64,000 bases of DNA from positions 2,432-66,431 of the forward strand of contig CASFCU010000017.1 in NCBI GenBank assembly GCA_949293285.1. The letters run 5' to 3'. The number at the start of each line of letters is the position of its first letter. Position 1 is the stretch's first letter. Both the position numbers and the translations under genes were made by a program. The stretch is from an uncultured bacterium. GTDB lineage: Bacteria; Bacillota_I; Bacilli_A; RF39; UBA660. The notes beneath the pieces were generated by a model that was not told the origin of the DNA, ran no database searches, and saw only the letters and a list, made by a program, of their open reading frames with translations. Below, one piece after another: positions 62,841 to 64,000 of this stretch.

Positions 62841-63593
62841 ATGTATATTGATACACATTGTCATTTATCAAAAGAAGACTATCAAGATATAGATAAAGTA
62901 ATTAACAATGCAAAAAAAGCAGATGTTAATAAAATCATCATCAGTGGATGTGATAAAAAAAGTATAAAAGAATCAATAGAAATAATAGAAAAATATTCCA
63001 ATGTATATTTATCTTTAGGATATCATCCAAGTGAAGCTGATCTCATAGAAGAAAAAGATCTAGACGAATTAAAGAAAATAATTAAAAATACAAATAAAAT
63101 AGTAGCATTAGGGGAAATCGGTTTAGACTATCACTGGAATAAACAAAATAAAGAAAAGCAAATTTGGTTATTCGAAAAAATGTTAGATATAGCAAGAGAA
63201 TTAAAATTACCTGTAGTAATTCATTCAAGAGATGCATTTCAAGACACCTATGATATATTAAAAAAGAGCCAATGTAAAGGAGTGATTCACTGCTTTAGTG
63301 GTAATATAGAAAATGCAAAAATGTATATATCCATAGGTTTTTCTCTAGGAATTGGTGGTGTATTAACATTTCAAAATTCAAAATTAAAAGATGTAATAAA
63401 AGACATAAGTATAGATAAAATAGTTTCTGAAACAGACAGTCCTTATCTTGCTCCGGTACCATATCGTGGAACAAAAAATGAACCAAAAAATATTCCAATC
63501 ATTGTAGAAGAAATTGCAAAACACAAAAAACTAAACATAGAAGAAGTAAGGTCGAAAATAGAACAGAATGTCAAAGAAATATTCAACATATAG
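62841..63593 (+). CDS. tatD: TatD family metal-dependent DNase/hydrolase (YabD-like)
   Basis: MYIDTHCHL N-terminal metal-binding His motif; an AGGAGTG RBS; follows metG as in B. subtilis. Confidence 0.9.
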   Translation: MYIDTHCHLSKEDYQDIDKVINNAKKADVNKIIISGCDKKSIKESIEIIEKYSNVYLSLGYHPSEADLIEEKDLDELKKIIKNTNKIVALGEIGLDYHWNKQNKEKQIWLFEKMLDIARELKLPVVIHSRDAFQDTYDILKKSQCKGVIHCFSGNIENAKMYISIGFSLGIGGVLTFQNSKLKDVIKDISIDKIVSETDSPYLAPVPYRGTKNEPKNIPIIVEEIAKHKKLNIEEVRSKIEQNVKEIFNI

Positions 63594-63650
63594 CAAAAAT
63601 TGACTAACAGTGTAATTTATGTTAATATTCTAGGTATAGAGGTGAGTGTT

Positions 63651-64000
63651 GTGAAACGAGTATTACCCATGTTAAGAAATGAAATATTAGTACTACTATA
63701 TGTCCTATTAATATTTCTAATTTTATTAAGAGTAGGAAAAATACAAAAAATAACTACTTACAACATATCTGGAGTTAGCTCATTAAAATCATCACACCTA
63801 ATAACAGAATATAAGGAAGAAACAATTCCAGAAGAGTTACATAAATATAGAATAACATCATATTATCCAGGAGATGAATGCAATAGTGGGTACTGTACAG
63901 GAACGGGACTTTGTACAGATGATTTCGAAATCAATGAGCATGGATGGTATACTTATAATGGAAAACTCGTGATAGCAGCAGCAACAACTTATCTTCAAAA
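63651..64000 (+). CDS. 3D (Asp-Asp-Asp) domain-containing protein, YabE-like (5' part; continues beyond the window)
   Basis: GTG start with a GAGGTG RBS; a signal/TM then a 3D-domain region KYRITSYYPGDECNSGYCTGTGLCTDDFEINEHGWYTY; positional equivalent of B. subtilis yabE after yabD. Confidence 0.6.
   Translation, partial: MKRVLPMLRNEILVLLYVLLIFLILLRVGKIQKITTYNISGVSSLKSSHLITEYKEETIPEELHKYRITSYYPGDECNSGYCTGTGLCTDDFEINEHGWYTYNGKLVIAAATTYLQ

Overview
This 64-kb window of a low-GC (~30%) Firmicutes chromosome is centred on the replication origin. Most features are coded on the minus strand left of about 40.0 kb and on the plus strand right of it, which is the expected strand switch at oriC. 

The conserved origin core reads, left to right: prfB, two YitT genes, ftsE, ftsX and an M23 peptidase; a ClpC-like AAA+ gene, dusB, ftsH, tilS, divIC, rpsF-ssb-rpsR and ychF; then parB, parA, a noc-like ParB paralog, rsmG, mnmG, mnmE, jag, yidC, rnpA and rpmH. 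oriC follows, with DnaA-box clusters on both sides of dnaA. To its right come dnaA, dnaN, comK, recF, gyrB, gyrA, a short SRP RNA, tadA, dnaX, ybaB, recR, bofA, holB, yaaT, a tRNA methyltransferase, pth, mfd and spoVT. A T-box leader then precedes dut and metG, followed by tatD and a partial 3D-domain gene. 

No rRNA, tRNA or CRISPR loci were found. 

The findings most worth checking are these:
- Two parS sites (consensus tGTTNCACGTGAAACa) lie inside 57-bp direct repeats flanking tadA, next to a Noc-binding-site-like palindrome.
- The noc-position ParB paralog carries a ~250-aa S/N-rich disordered C-terminal tail.
- A ~3.9-kb accessory cassette holds a BceAB-like ABC transporter and an IS110-type transposase remnant. 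It is flanked by perfect 111-bp direct repeats that duplicate the 3' end of the ClpC-like gene.
- prfB shows the canonical programmed +1 frameshift (CTT TGA C), which the ORF track mis-calls.
- An A6-tract frameshift disrupts an aldo/keto reductase gene at the left edge.
- A Met-type T-box leader drives an unusual dut-metG pair.
- A ComK homolog sits between dnaN and recF.
- A short SRP RNA with a textbook sigma-A promoter sits upstream of tadA.

The sporulation genes (bofA, yaaT, spoVT) together with a short SRP RNA and a ComK homolog suggest a spore-forming, Erysipelotrichia-like or Clostridia-like organism. That taxonomic guess is inference only.
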